A stretch of DNA of 64,000 nucleotides from Balanoglossus misakiensis (Eukaryota; Animalia; Hemichordata): the NCBI GenBank assembly GCA_040954595.2, contig CM082582.2, positions 4,138,303 through 4,202,302 of the forward strand. Reading direction: 5' to 3'. The position numbers and the translations under genes were made by a program. Of this stretch, positions 51,936 to 63,308 are shown in pieces. Position 1 is the first letter of the stretch, and each line of letters starts with the position of its first letter. The notes under the pieces were generated by a model. The model ran no database searches and was not told where the DNA came from. It saw nothing but the letters and a program-made list of their open reading frames with translations.

Positions 51936-54730
51936 ATGCGGGTAGCCTAGGGAGACAGATGTAGCGTGTAAATATGGACAGAGGTGTATTGTCAGTCTGC
52001 AGTACAATGATGTGAATATATGAGGATAGCAAAGGAGTTTGGATCAAGATAAGACTATCTTGTTACAACTAACATTAGGCTTCAACACCAAAGACTGCCT
52101 GCAGATGGCAAATTGGAAATTAATCAACTACCCTAACGAAGAAGAAATTGACACTCAAAAGAGTACTGCAATGCCATCAGGAAAATGTTTGTCCTGTTAA
52201 GTTATTGGATGTTGAATCTATAGAGAACTGACAGTCAATCTCTACTCTTGGTTTTTTCAATGTGTATGTACAGCAAAGACAGAACGAGCCAGATGCCTGG
52301 AGTCTTGTATCACACGGACATAGCCAAGTCTAACACACAGAAGTACATGTACTAGCTGCCATTTGAGACACCCGACTTCAATTTTGATGTGATCAACATG
52401 GTGCATGTACAGTGTAATGCATATCAGAAGTTGTTCTTTTTTTTTGTAGCAACAAGAATAGCCTTCATTCTCGTCGGTTAAAAGGTGTTCTTGTCTGTGC
52501 TGTAGCTGGTTGTAGCTGCATGCAACTTTGATAGACAGTCAGTCACTCGTTCACCCTAGAACAAGTGTGTGTAACACAGAACATTGAGAAAAACACACAT
52601 GGTGATTGAATCAGGTGACAATCACCATGGTAACAGTGTCAATGTGCAATGATGCTCCCTGAAGGGGAAAAAAATTTGACATGAGAAGGAGAGGACAAAC
52701 GGGCATCTACAGACAGATACCATTGTGGTCTTGACAACCACAGAACAGACATCAAGGAAAATACGATGTTGTATGAAATTGTGTATATGTAGATGAGATT
52801 ATAAACTGCAGTGACACAGCTCTGCAGCAAAAAGCCTTCGTTGAAAGAAATCAAACCAAAATTGGTGACAGCTACAGACCAAGTTTACCACTGATAGGGT
52901 CAGTATTGGCAGCTTATTTTAAAGGAATTGTCAAACAAGGCAATGTTTACGATTGAATTTGGAATTGGAGTTCTAATTTTTTCATTATAGTGCCATGTCG
53001 GAAAGATTTTAGACAATCATTAAAACGTAGACCATATGTACTGAGTACCAAAAATCTGAATTATGATAAAAACATTATATTGAGTTTTTAAAGTTCATTG
53101 TCTGTACCGCAGACAGATTTGTTTCTTTGGTGATAAAACAGGTCATTATGGATTCAGGACCAAAGACTAGGCCCAAAAGTATTTTCCAGTTTAATATTAA
53201 TTTTTATTTTTGTTTCTTAATAAAACAAACAAACAAACAAACACATTAGTGGACTCAGCTTGTAGCGTTAAATAAAGTCCTATTTTCATGTTTATTTATC
53301 TCCTGTATTTGTTGTATACACATAATATATTTTGTCATCTTACTTTTAACAGAGTTAATATATTTCTTTTTTTTCTCTACAAAATTAAAATAGACATAAA
53401 ACATACTAGTTGTTTTGCATATGAATGGTATAGATAATAGCATATTCTGTATTTGGTCTATTCTGTAGTACTGCATGTCAAGTTCAACATTATTATAAAC
53501 AGAACTAGTTGATGTGAGGTTCTGTGCAATATCAAGTTTCCAGCTGACTTCAAATCTTTCATATTATAAGTTTGACAAAAATGTGATGGGTGTTTTAAGT
53601 ATGTGATATATACAGCACATGAGACGTGTAGAATGTATAACTATATCTGAAATTACAAGTCGTGGTTGTTCTCATTGAGAAATCAAGGCTGTGAGATAGA
53701 GTCACATATTGGAACATTAATGGCTGACATTGAGCTGTGTTTAGCTTTCTTTTGATGGTCAGAGTCAAAAGTTATGATTTAATACGGTTACATAAACAAT
53801 AGTTGCCAAGTCAAAATATTGTTGAAAGGCTATATATGACTTGTGTATCATTTTGGAGAGGATTCAGTCAAGTGTGTTGTTGATTTTATTGATGATTCTT
53901 TATAGGTGACCAATTGAAGTGCAAATTATGTTAGGATCAAAATTAAAATTCGGTTATCTAAGTAATTCTTCTGGTTCACGAAATCATCACTCAGTTACTT
54001 CAGTAGATGTTTAAAGTGGATGTCACTTGTGTGAATTGACAGAGAATTGTCTCCTAAGTAGCCTTCCTCAAAAATTTTATTCTTTTTTCCCCCCAAAAGT
54101 CATGTCAGTGTTTCTACCTATGAGTAACATGAACAAAACAATGGACAGTTGGAGCCAAATATTTTGTATTATTGCAGTGGACTAGTGTCTGCTCCTGTGT
54201 TGAAACTTTCTCATTTGGGTTTAAATTGTTTGTCACTAATGAGAGCTGCTCTAAACAGATGTGCTTGTATTTACAAAGGTTTGTGGAATGTGTTCTCACA
54301 GATGTCGATTTGCCAATATTCTTTTTAAAAAACAATCCACGACTTCTACATACAGCCTTGTCTAGTGCAAATTGCTTATTAGTCTGGTGTTGTGCCCTCA
54401 GTGGTCAAAATCCAAGTTCTTTTGTTTTTATGGGAGACGTTCACCACAGTGGTTTTTGTGAAGTCTCCTGTTCTAAAATTGACACTTTGTTGTAAATTAT
54501 TGTGGGTATTGCCAGTAGTGTTATGGCTCAAGAAATACCTTTTATCTGAAATGGTGTTCATATTCTTTGTTAAACGTAGCTGGAAGTTGTCACTTTGATG
54601 CATGGATTGCATATATTGCTTCAAATCATAGTGTAAGATATTATTGAACATGAAAGGTCTGTATTGTATGTATTAGTTTTCTTTTTTGCAATAAAATGCC
54701 CTCCGTGAAATTAAAACATGATAGAAATCG
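51936..54730 (+). other. Putative long 3' UTR (~2.8 kb)
   Basis: Stretch after the stop codon with no repeats that I can recognise, miRNA seed matches, and a poly(A) signal with a GT-rich downstream element at its end. Earlier AATAAA motifs (about 53219 and 53271) could give shorter isoforms. Confidence 0.6.
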
Positions 54731-54757
54731 TTTCAGTGTGGTTTTTATGTGTTTAGT
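54690..54757 (+). terminator. Putative polyadenylation signal
   Basis: AATAAA at 54690-54695 and ATTAAA at 54710-54715, with upstream TGTA motifs and a T-rich tract, and a downstream GT-rich element (cagtgtggtttttatgtgttt). Confidence 0.6.
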
Positions 54758-54759
54758 CC

Positions 54760-57345
54760 ATTTTTTCGAAAAAATGAAGAAATTTTGAAATTTCGCAGTC
54801 GAAAAATTGTCATGTTTTTTGATAATTTTTATGAGCTATAACCCATGATTTTTATTTTAAAAAATGAAGAAATGATTTTTTTCAAAAAATGAAGAAAATT
54901 TGCAAAGTTGAAAAATTGTCATTTTTTTATTATTTTCATGAGCCTATAACCCATGATTTTTATGAAAAAATGAAGAAATTTTGAAATTTCGGAAAGTCGA
55001 AAAATTGTCATTTTGGATGATTTTCATGAGCTATAACCCATGATTTTTTCCAAAAAATGCAGTAATTTTTAAATTTCGCAAAGTCGAAAAATTGTCATTT
55101 TTGGATGATTTTCATGAGCTATAACCCATGATTTTTATCAAAAAATGAAGAAATTTTGAAATTTCGGAAAGTCGAAAAATTGTCATTTTGGATGATTTTC
55201 ATGAGCTATAACCCATGATTTTTTCCAAAAAATGCAGTAATTTTTAAATTTCGCAAAGTCGAAAAATTGTCATTTTTGGACGATTTTCATGAGCTATAAC
55301 CCATGATTTTTATCAAAAAATGAAGACATTTTGAAATTTCGGAAAGTCGAAAAATTGTCATTTTTGGATGATTTTCATGAGCTATAACCCATGAGTTTTT
55401 CCAAAAAAGAAGAAATTTTGAAATTTCGGAAAGTCGAAAAATTGTCATTTTTGGATGATTTTCATGAGCTATAACCCATGATTTTTATCAAAAAATGAAG
55501 AAATTTTGAAATTACGGAAAGTCGAAAAATTGTCATTTTTGGATGATTTTCATGAGCTATAACCCATGATTTATATCAAAAAAGAAGAAATTTTTTAAAT
55601 TTCGGAAAGTCGAAAAATTGTCATTTTTGGATGATTTTCATGAGCTATAACCCATGATTTTTATCAAAAAAGAAGAAATTTTGAAATTTCGGAAAGTCGA
55701 AAAATTGTCAAAAACCCATGATTTTTTCCAAAAAAGAAGAAATTTTTAAATTTCGCAAAGTCGAAAAATTGTCATTTTTGGACGATTTTCATGAGCTATA
55801 ACCCATGATTTTTATCAAAAAATGAAGACATTTTTAAATTTCGCAAAGTCGAAAAATTGTCATTTTTGGACGATTTTCATGAGCTATAACCCATGATTTT
55901 TATCAAAAAATGAAGAAATTTTGAAATTTCGGAAAGTCGAAAAATTGTCATTTTTGGATGATTTTCATGAGCTATAACCCATGATTTTTATCAAAAAATG
56001 AAGACATTTAGAAATTTCGGAAAGTCGAAAAATTGTCATTTTTGGATGATTTTCATGAGCTATAACCCATGATTTTTTCCAAAAAAGAAGAAATTTTGAA
56101 ATTTCCGAAAGTCGAAAAATTGTCATTTTTGGATGATTTTCATGAGCTATAACCCATGATTTTTATCAAAAAAGAAGAAATTTTGAAATTTCGGAAAGTC
56201 GAAAAATTGTCATTTTTGGATGATTTTCATGAGCAATAACCCATGATTTTTATCAAAAAATGAAGAAATTTTGAAATTTCGCAAAGTCGAAAAATTGTCA
56301 TTTTTGGATGATTTTCATGAGCTGTAACCCATGATTTTTATCAAAAAATGAAGAAATTTTGAAATTTCGGAAAGTCGAAAAATTGTCATTTTTGGATGAT
56401 TTTCATGAGCTATAACCCATGATTTTTATCAAAAAAGAAGAAATTTTGAAATTTCGGAAAGTCGAAAAATTGTCATTTTTGGATGATTTTCATGAGCTAT
56501 AACCCATGATTTTTATCAAAAAATGAAGAAATTTTGAAATTTCGGAAAGTCGAAAAATTGTCATTTTTGGATGATTTTCATGAGCTATAACCCATGATTT
56601 TTTCCAAAAAATGCAGTAATTTTTAAATTTCGCAAAGTCGAAAAATTGTCATTTTTGGACGATTTTCATGAGCTATAACCCATGAGTTTTTCCAAAAAAT
56701 GCAGTAATTTTTAAATTTTGCAAAGTCGAAAAATTGTCATTTTTGGACGATTTTCATGAGCTATAACCCATGAGTTTTTCCAAAAAAGAAGAAATTTTGA
56801 AATTTCGGAAAGTCGAAAAATTGTCATTTTTGGATGATTTTCATGAGCAATAACCCATGATTTTTTCCAAAAAAGAAGAAATTTTGAAATTTCGCAAAGT
56901 CGAAAAATTGTCATTTTTGGATGATTTTCATGAGCTATAACCCATGATTTTTATCAAAAAATGAAGAAATTTTGAAATTACGGAAAGTCGAAAAATTGTC
57001 ATTTTTGGATAATTTTCATGAGCTATAACCCATGATTTTTATCAAAAAGGAAGAAATTTTGAAATTTCGGAAAGTCGAAAAATTGTCATTTTTGGATGAT
57101 TTTCAAGAGCTATAACCCATGATTTTTATCAAAAAGGAAGAAATTTTGAAATTTCGGAAAGTCGAAAAATTGTCATTTTTGGATGATTTTCATGAGCAAT
57201 AACCCATGATTTTTTCCAAAAAAGAAGAAATTTTGAAATTTCGCAAAGTCGAAAAATTGTCATTTTTGGATGATTTTCATGAGCTATAACCCATGAGTTT
57301 TATCAAAAAATGAAGAAATTTTGGAAATTCTCAAAGTCGGAAAAT
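54760..57345. repeat. Tandem array of an ~88-bp AT-rich unit, about 29-30 copies
   Basis: Consensus aaaaaatgaagaaattttgaaatttcggaaagtcgaaaaattgtcatttttggatgattttcatgagctataacccatgatttttatc; gagctataaccc recurs at 55028, 55116, 55203 and onward (87-88 bp period). Confidence 0.98.
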
Positions 57346-57381
57346 TGTCATTTTTAGGTCCCATTTGGTTTATATGTATAT

Positions 57382-57824
57382 TTATAATATTCCTCATGCT
57401 AATACTGTGCCGTGATTCGCCAGAATCCGTCACGTGATAGGAAAATAGAATCGACTATGAACCGCTAGGGAAATAGCAGAAAAAATATAAACCGGTCACG
57501 TGACCAACGTGGTCACGTCAATCAGCGTCGCGTCGTCTGACATAATGGCCACCGCTGAAGATGTCGTCTGCCAGGCTCAATAGAAAATTGCAAGATTTTC
57601 CCAGCTGTTAGCATGAGGTTTATTATAAAACACCTATAGCCTGGCCTATATTCGGGCCATAGCAGCCGTTTTTACCCCCTCGTGACTGTGAGTTACCAGA
57701 ATCATATGCTATTTCCCTCGGCCTGCGGCCTCGGGAAATAGCATATGATTCTGGTAACTCACAGCCCCTCGGGTGTAATAAACGGCCGCTATGGCCCTCA
57801 TGACCAGGCAATAGGTGTTCAATA
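57382..57824. mobile_element. Double-hairpin non-autonomous element, copy B, inserted in a (TA)n stretch
   Basis: IR1 at 57382-57402 / 57608-57628; hairpin 57629-57819 with a perfect 31-bp inner stem around CTCGgcctgcggcCTCG. Sister modules show the empty site. Confidence 0.85.
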
Positions 57825-58061
57825 TACCATGGGACCTTATGGGATTGGTTGCGTATGTATGTATGTATGTATGTATGTATGTATGTATGTATGTATGCAT
57901 GTATGGATGGATGTATGGCTGTATATCCGTCCACATCAAAAATTCGCAAAGTCGGAAAATTGTCATTTTTAGGTCCCATTTGGTTTATATGTATATATAA
58001 TACCATGGGACCTTATGGGATTGGTTGTGTCTGTATATGTATGTATGTATGTATGTATGTA

Positions 58062-58778
58062 CCGTACTTGCCCGGGTAAGAGCCCCTGCTCGGACAAACG
58101 CCCCCCCTGGTTTTAGGGCCCATTTGAAGATCGAGGTTATATCCGGTCTAAAGCCGCTCTAGAAAACATGACCTCAGACAGGTCCCTCGGGACCGTGCCT
58201 CGAATTCAACGATCACGTAGATGGACGCGCTGCCGCGTATGAGGTCACTGGGGAGCTTTCCAAAGCGGCCGCGTGGAGCTGCTTCAGTCCGTCCTCGACG
58301 CGAAACACCCAAAATTGGAAGATCCCGACTTGGACTCGGAGAATCAATCACTCAAAAATTCCGTTAGAGAAAGGCATGATTGCCACGATTAAGATAGATG
58401 TATTTACGTGCGTCCGTCCGTCGACGTCTAAGTATTAAATGCATGGGTGGGATCGACCATTTACCAATGTCCCGGTTAAACGGGATGTTTTGTCTGCGCC
58501 CATGGTGTCCCGATTAAACGGCGGCGACTGTAATATGTTTTCTGTATTTCATTTATGGGAAAAAAAACTTTTTATTATTTAATAAATACATTGTTTGACC
58601 GTGAAATGTTTTGCCATGTTATTTGCATCATTATTCACCCCTTCCTCATGTCCCTAGGCCCTCATTTGCATAAATGTCGATGTTGCGTCCGGGCTAAAGC
58701 CCCCCCCCCCCCCCCCCTCCCTGTTTTTTCGTTAATTTGTGGGCGCAGCACCCGGGGCTCTTACCCGGGCAAGTACGG
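58062..58778. mobile_element. 717-bp non-autonomous Tc1/mariner-pogo superfamily element, perfect 25-bp TIRs, TA TSD
   Basis: ta|ccgtacttgcccgggtaagagcccc...ggggctcttacccgggcaagtacgg|ta, inserted inside a (GTAT)n tract; no transposase ORF. Confidence 0.92.
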
Positions 58779-61463
58779 TATGTATGTTTGTATGTATGTA
58801 TGTATGTATGTATGGATGGATGGATGTATGGCTGTATATCCGTCCACTTCAAAAATTCGCAGTCGGAAAATTGTCATTTTTAGGTCCCATTTGTTTTATA
58901 TGTATATATATACCATGGGACCTTATGGGATTGGTTGCGTCTGTATGTATGTATGTATGTATGTATGTATGTATGTATGGTTGTATATCCGTCCACATCA
59001 AAAACTTGAAAATCGCTGCGTGTATCACCTTGATATTTGGTGTGCAGATGCAGGCTGGGCTGTAGATGGGAGTTTGTTCAAATGAAGTTGTCATTGCCAA
59101 AAATATGCAAAGTAGCTGAGAAAATGTGAATTAGGTTAAAACTCAGTAACTCAAGATCTACTGGTCAGATTGCTTTGCAAAGTGGTGTGTATTTACTTTA
59201 TTGAGTTCTTTTAATTAGGGAGGAACCCCCTAGCCTCCTGATGAGATTTATATACACAGCAAATTCCTGCATGATTACATAACTGGCTAACTTTTAAAGA
59301 GACCAGCTGTTCTATTTAGTGTATGTACAGTAGATATGCTATTGGCAGCTTATGGGTCAGTCAGTGTTTGCCCATTGATCTGTGTGTGTGTGGGTCTGTC
59401 TGTATATGGCCATGTACTCTGGTGTAGACTTTTTCTTGTATAATCCCTCAATGGGACCACCGTGTCCTTGACGCGATGTTTGACACTTTTCATGAGCTAT
59501 AACCCATGAAAAACATCAAAAATCACCAAAGTTTGCAAAATCGCTGATTTGTCATTTTTGACATTTTTCAGGAGCTATTACCCATGAATAATGTCAAAAA
59601 CCGACACTGAGCTCCCCCATCTCACATTTATACACTCCACCACCCCCCCCCCCCCCCACTAAACACCAAGAATCTCACTGAGCACTACAGCACTCACCTG
59701 TCTTTCCACTCCCCTTCATGGTAGGTTTAAGCCAACTAAAAAAGCTTATTTTCGCCTTAATCAAAATAGGTCTCATTTGCATTTTTCAAATAATTTTATC
59801 ATGTTCATAATTGTAGGCTTATTTCTAAATTGAGAATCTTCATCAGAAATAAAGATTGTTGTTTGGAAATTTGAATGGCTGCAAAACATCCATCCTGAGA
59901 GTGCTATAAACATATTTTCACATTTCAATTTCAGACGAACTATTCACATTTAAAAATTAGCCTACAATTCAATTAGCAGCATGAAGAAACTAGTAGAAAA
60001 TTAGCTATTGTTGGTATTTGATTTTGAAAGTTAAAATAACTTTTTATTTGGCCAAAATGCGCCACGGAATAATACTTCTTACCAACTACCAAATGGACGG
60101 ACGTACATCCCAAATACCTTTGTTTAAAGGTTAGTGTAGAGTCAGTGTTTCAAGATATTCCTATTTCATCTAATATTGAATTGACTGTTAGTGCATACAT
60201 TTCCAGTATTAGGAAAGAAACCAAAAAGAATAGACATTATTCATTGCAATATTAAAAATAGATGTCCCATAAATGTGTGAATTTTCTTTTAACCTCAATA
60301 ATTACAAGATTTCAGATTCAGGTATTATTTTGTGATGCACACGTAAAGTCTTTCGTTGTCATTTATAAGCATAATATTATGATTGTTTTGTATGAAAATA
60401 TCAAATGTTTGTTTTTGAATGTGTGGAGACCATCCATTACTTGGTCCAACATTTATGTAGAAGTGTGTCAGGAAATAACGTAGAGATTTTCACACCTGTA
60501 TGTCAAATGGCCAATTAAGCCAGCAAGGAAATGATCACTTTTAACTGTGACAAAAATATCACTTGCAGAGTAACAGTTCTAATCAAATTGATTTGAGTCA
60601 TGGTTTATTGTACCTGTGTAATCAAAATATTATTAATATAGTGTAAAAAAGATTGAAAGATGTGTCAGTAAGTGGTTTATATTTGAATCAATTGTTTGCT
60701 TTGGGCGTGATTATTCAACTTGCGTGAATAGCAACTGAATACAATGTAGCTTTAAACTGTAAATTTAGATAAAAATGTCTGGATATTGAATTAAGACTGA
60801 ATTAATTATTGGGAATGCTTCTCATGACAGTAAAAAAACCTGAAAATTGTCCCTTTGACATTTGTTAGTGCAACACATGTGATAACTAAGATAAGAATTG
60901 GGTGATTTTTGAAACATAAACAAACAACCTAAAAAATATTGAAAAGCTCCCCAGCTGTGCATCCAAATGTCAATTCAGCAATTAATTCAATGAAAACTCT
61001 CTTTGAATATCAAAATAAGACACTTTTTACAACTTTAAATCACAGGTGAATTACAGATGCGACATTCACTTTTATCCTCTAATAATGCAGTGTGTGACTT
61101 AAAGGTATACAGTCACCTCCAATTTACATACACACATATTTGCCTGAAATAGGCGTATTTGAGCATTCCTTAAAGAACATATGGGGGTGCTCTTTTTTTC
61201 GCGTGTGCCACCCACTGAAAATCTGTGATTGGCTAGATCTCAGTTCGCCATGGTAACCATAGCTAAGCTTCCATAGGTAACCATATACTTTAATTGCCAA
61301 TCCAGAAAGAAAGTTGAATTGCACCTAATAAGTCTAAACTGTAATTGATTTAGGAGTTGCTGCCTATTTGCATATAAACTTCAGTTGTAGACAGAATAAA
61401 ACTAATATATGGATGAAAAACATTTTCAAAGTTTACTTTGAAAATGTTAATGAATATAATTAA

Positions 61464-61645
61464 GGGGAGAGCCATTTGTTTTCTGGGGGTGAATGGAGGA
61501 TTTTGGAGAAAGAAATTCTTTTGCCATGCCTTGAAGATAATGTGAACTGCAATTTGAATAAAACATTTGCTAGTGTATGCTGAAAAAAGATTGCTGACAT
61601 ATCCAAATCCTCCACCCCCCCCCCCCGAAATTAATGGTTCTCCCC
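61464..61645. mobile_element. MITE with G-rich TIRs (PIF/Harbinger-like); related single ends at about 62975 and 63667
   Basis: taa|ggggagagccattt...ggggg...tggaggattt pairs imperfectly with aaatcctccacccccc...gaaattaatggttctcccc. Confidence 0.55.
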
Positions 61646-62011
61646 AAAAGTAGGAGCTCTACAGAAATGTTCAGTGTAGTGATATCGCCCTCTATAAATT
61701 GTTGTAGCCTCGTTCTGGCACAGGACCTCTTGTTATGAGAGAGCAGAGATAAAGTTGTTCAAGTTGACTGCTTCCTCAGCCTCCTATTCTGTCGCTAATA
61801 TAACATTCAGCTCAGCAAAAACAGACAAATCAAGACTTTGTCTGTTTTTCTTATCTGTTTCTTTATCACTGATTCTTTTGGCAATTTTTGTATGGCCAAT
61901 AACCCAATTTTTATGAGAACCTAATTATATATGCACATACCTAATACTTGGATTTAAGGTATACTGGTAACACCAGGGTCAAATTTGTCTGTACATCGGT
62001 ACCATATCAAC

Positions 62012-62159
62012 TAGACTCTCTCACAGCCCACGGTTCGCTACGCGCCCTCAACCGTTTGGCAAGGGAGAAGCACCGTTTGGTGTTGTGTAGCTAGCCTTAG
62101 CACAATGCAATCAGCCCATAAGCCTGCATGGACCACGAGAGGGGCTGTGAGAGAGTCTA
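62012..62159. mobile_element. 148-bp MITE with TAG..CTA termini, perfect 18-bp TIRs and a 9-bp TSD (AcademH-like)
   Basis: catatcaac|tagactctctcacagccc...gggctgtgagagagtcta|catattaac; TSD matches at 8 of 9 positions. Confidence 0.85.
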
Positions 62160-63308
62160 CATATTAACCAGCATTTACTCAAAATATTTGGTAATTTTTG
62201 CAATGACCTTTGACCTACTCTTAGTCTTAGCAATATTATTGTTTATGAATATCTAATTGCAGGCTAACAAATAGCATAAATAGGGCTAAAAGTTTAGTTT
62301 TTTATACATATGGTCAGTAGCAGACTTAAATTTGTGGGAAAATTCCAAGACCACTTACCTAGTCTTCCCATATATCAGTATCCAGAATTACTGTGAATTT
62401 AAATTTAACCATGATAAATTGAAATGACATATATTGTGTTGTATAAAGTTAATTTTTTGGTTAGTATGAATTGAGTAAAAAAGTGTTGCCTTTAACAAAT
62501 GCTGTATATAGGTATCTTCAAGATTTATGACAAATGAATTTGTAAAGAATAGACATTCTAAAACAGGCATGTGGAAAATCAGTCACTAGGTGGCGCTCTA
62601 CCATATATTATTGACATGTCTGGTCTTGTAAACTGGAATATTCACCAAAGAAAGGAATTTGCTAGGTATTTCAGTTTCTTTGAATGAACTTGAGTGCAAA
62701 GATTGAAGAACTATGCATACCATGTACATGTACATCGCACTAGCAGAGTCAACATATTTTAAAGATCATAATATATTCTGCCACTGGAATTTGTTTTTTA
62801 GCAGAGATACCCCTACCCTCTGTGCACAAGTCTGTGTGCTTCCTTCATAACCTGGGAGCAACACAGACCTGTACGCAGAGCTAAGATACACCTACCCTAA
62901 TTTACTGAAGTTTGCGGTACAAGTTGTCTAGAATTCATATGAATGTAGTTTATTTCTCGTGAGCCAGAGCTCTTAGGGACTGTCCAGAATTTACTTCAGG
63001 GGGGGGGGGGATTTTCAGGGGGGGGGGGGCCACCCATTTTCCCCCAAGAAAACTTAGGGGGGGGGGGGGCAGACATTAAAATCACAATCCTTTAGGGGGC
63101 CATGTAAACAAACCTCACAAACTCAATATTTGCCCAGAAGTACTGATTTATAAGAAACAAACCACCATGGTTACCTGGATGACAGATGAACACCACAAGT
63201 GTATTAAATTTTCATAAGCTGGAATTTCCGGTAATTTTTACGGTGGTTTATTTTGTATATCTACTACAGTTTCTTGTTCTACCGTACTACTCTGTGAAGC
63301 ATAATAAA

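Larger units (their letters stand above)
57332..59003 (+). repeat. Three tandem ~170-190-bp modules: satellite-like head, ataccatgggaccttatgggattgg, (GTAT)n, gtatatccgtccacatcaaaa; two modules are interrupted by insertions
   Basis: Module heads agtcggaaaattgtcatttttaggtcccatttg at about 57335, 57950 and 58861. Confidence 0.85.

Noticed and set aside
51568-52047. Antisense ORFs over the last exon
   Set aside because: Shadows of the GC-rich MYND and tail coding sequence.
54760-57345. CRISPR-like regularly spaced repeat
   Set aside because: Units are contiguous near-identical 88-mers with no unique spacers, there are no cas genes, and the context is eukaryotic.
57686-57764. Perfect 31-bp stem as a pre-miRNA
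   Set aside because: It is part of an inserted element with sister architectures elsewhere in the window; small-RNA data would be needed to support it.
57623-59100. ORFs with YVCM/HTYI repeats, up to 176 aa
   Set aside because: Products of (GTAT)n tracts and transposon hairpins, with no domain-like content.
61099-61310. Kolobok-like left end ttaa|aggtatacagtcacc
   Set aside because: No matching right end found, so boundaries cannot be supported.
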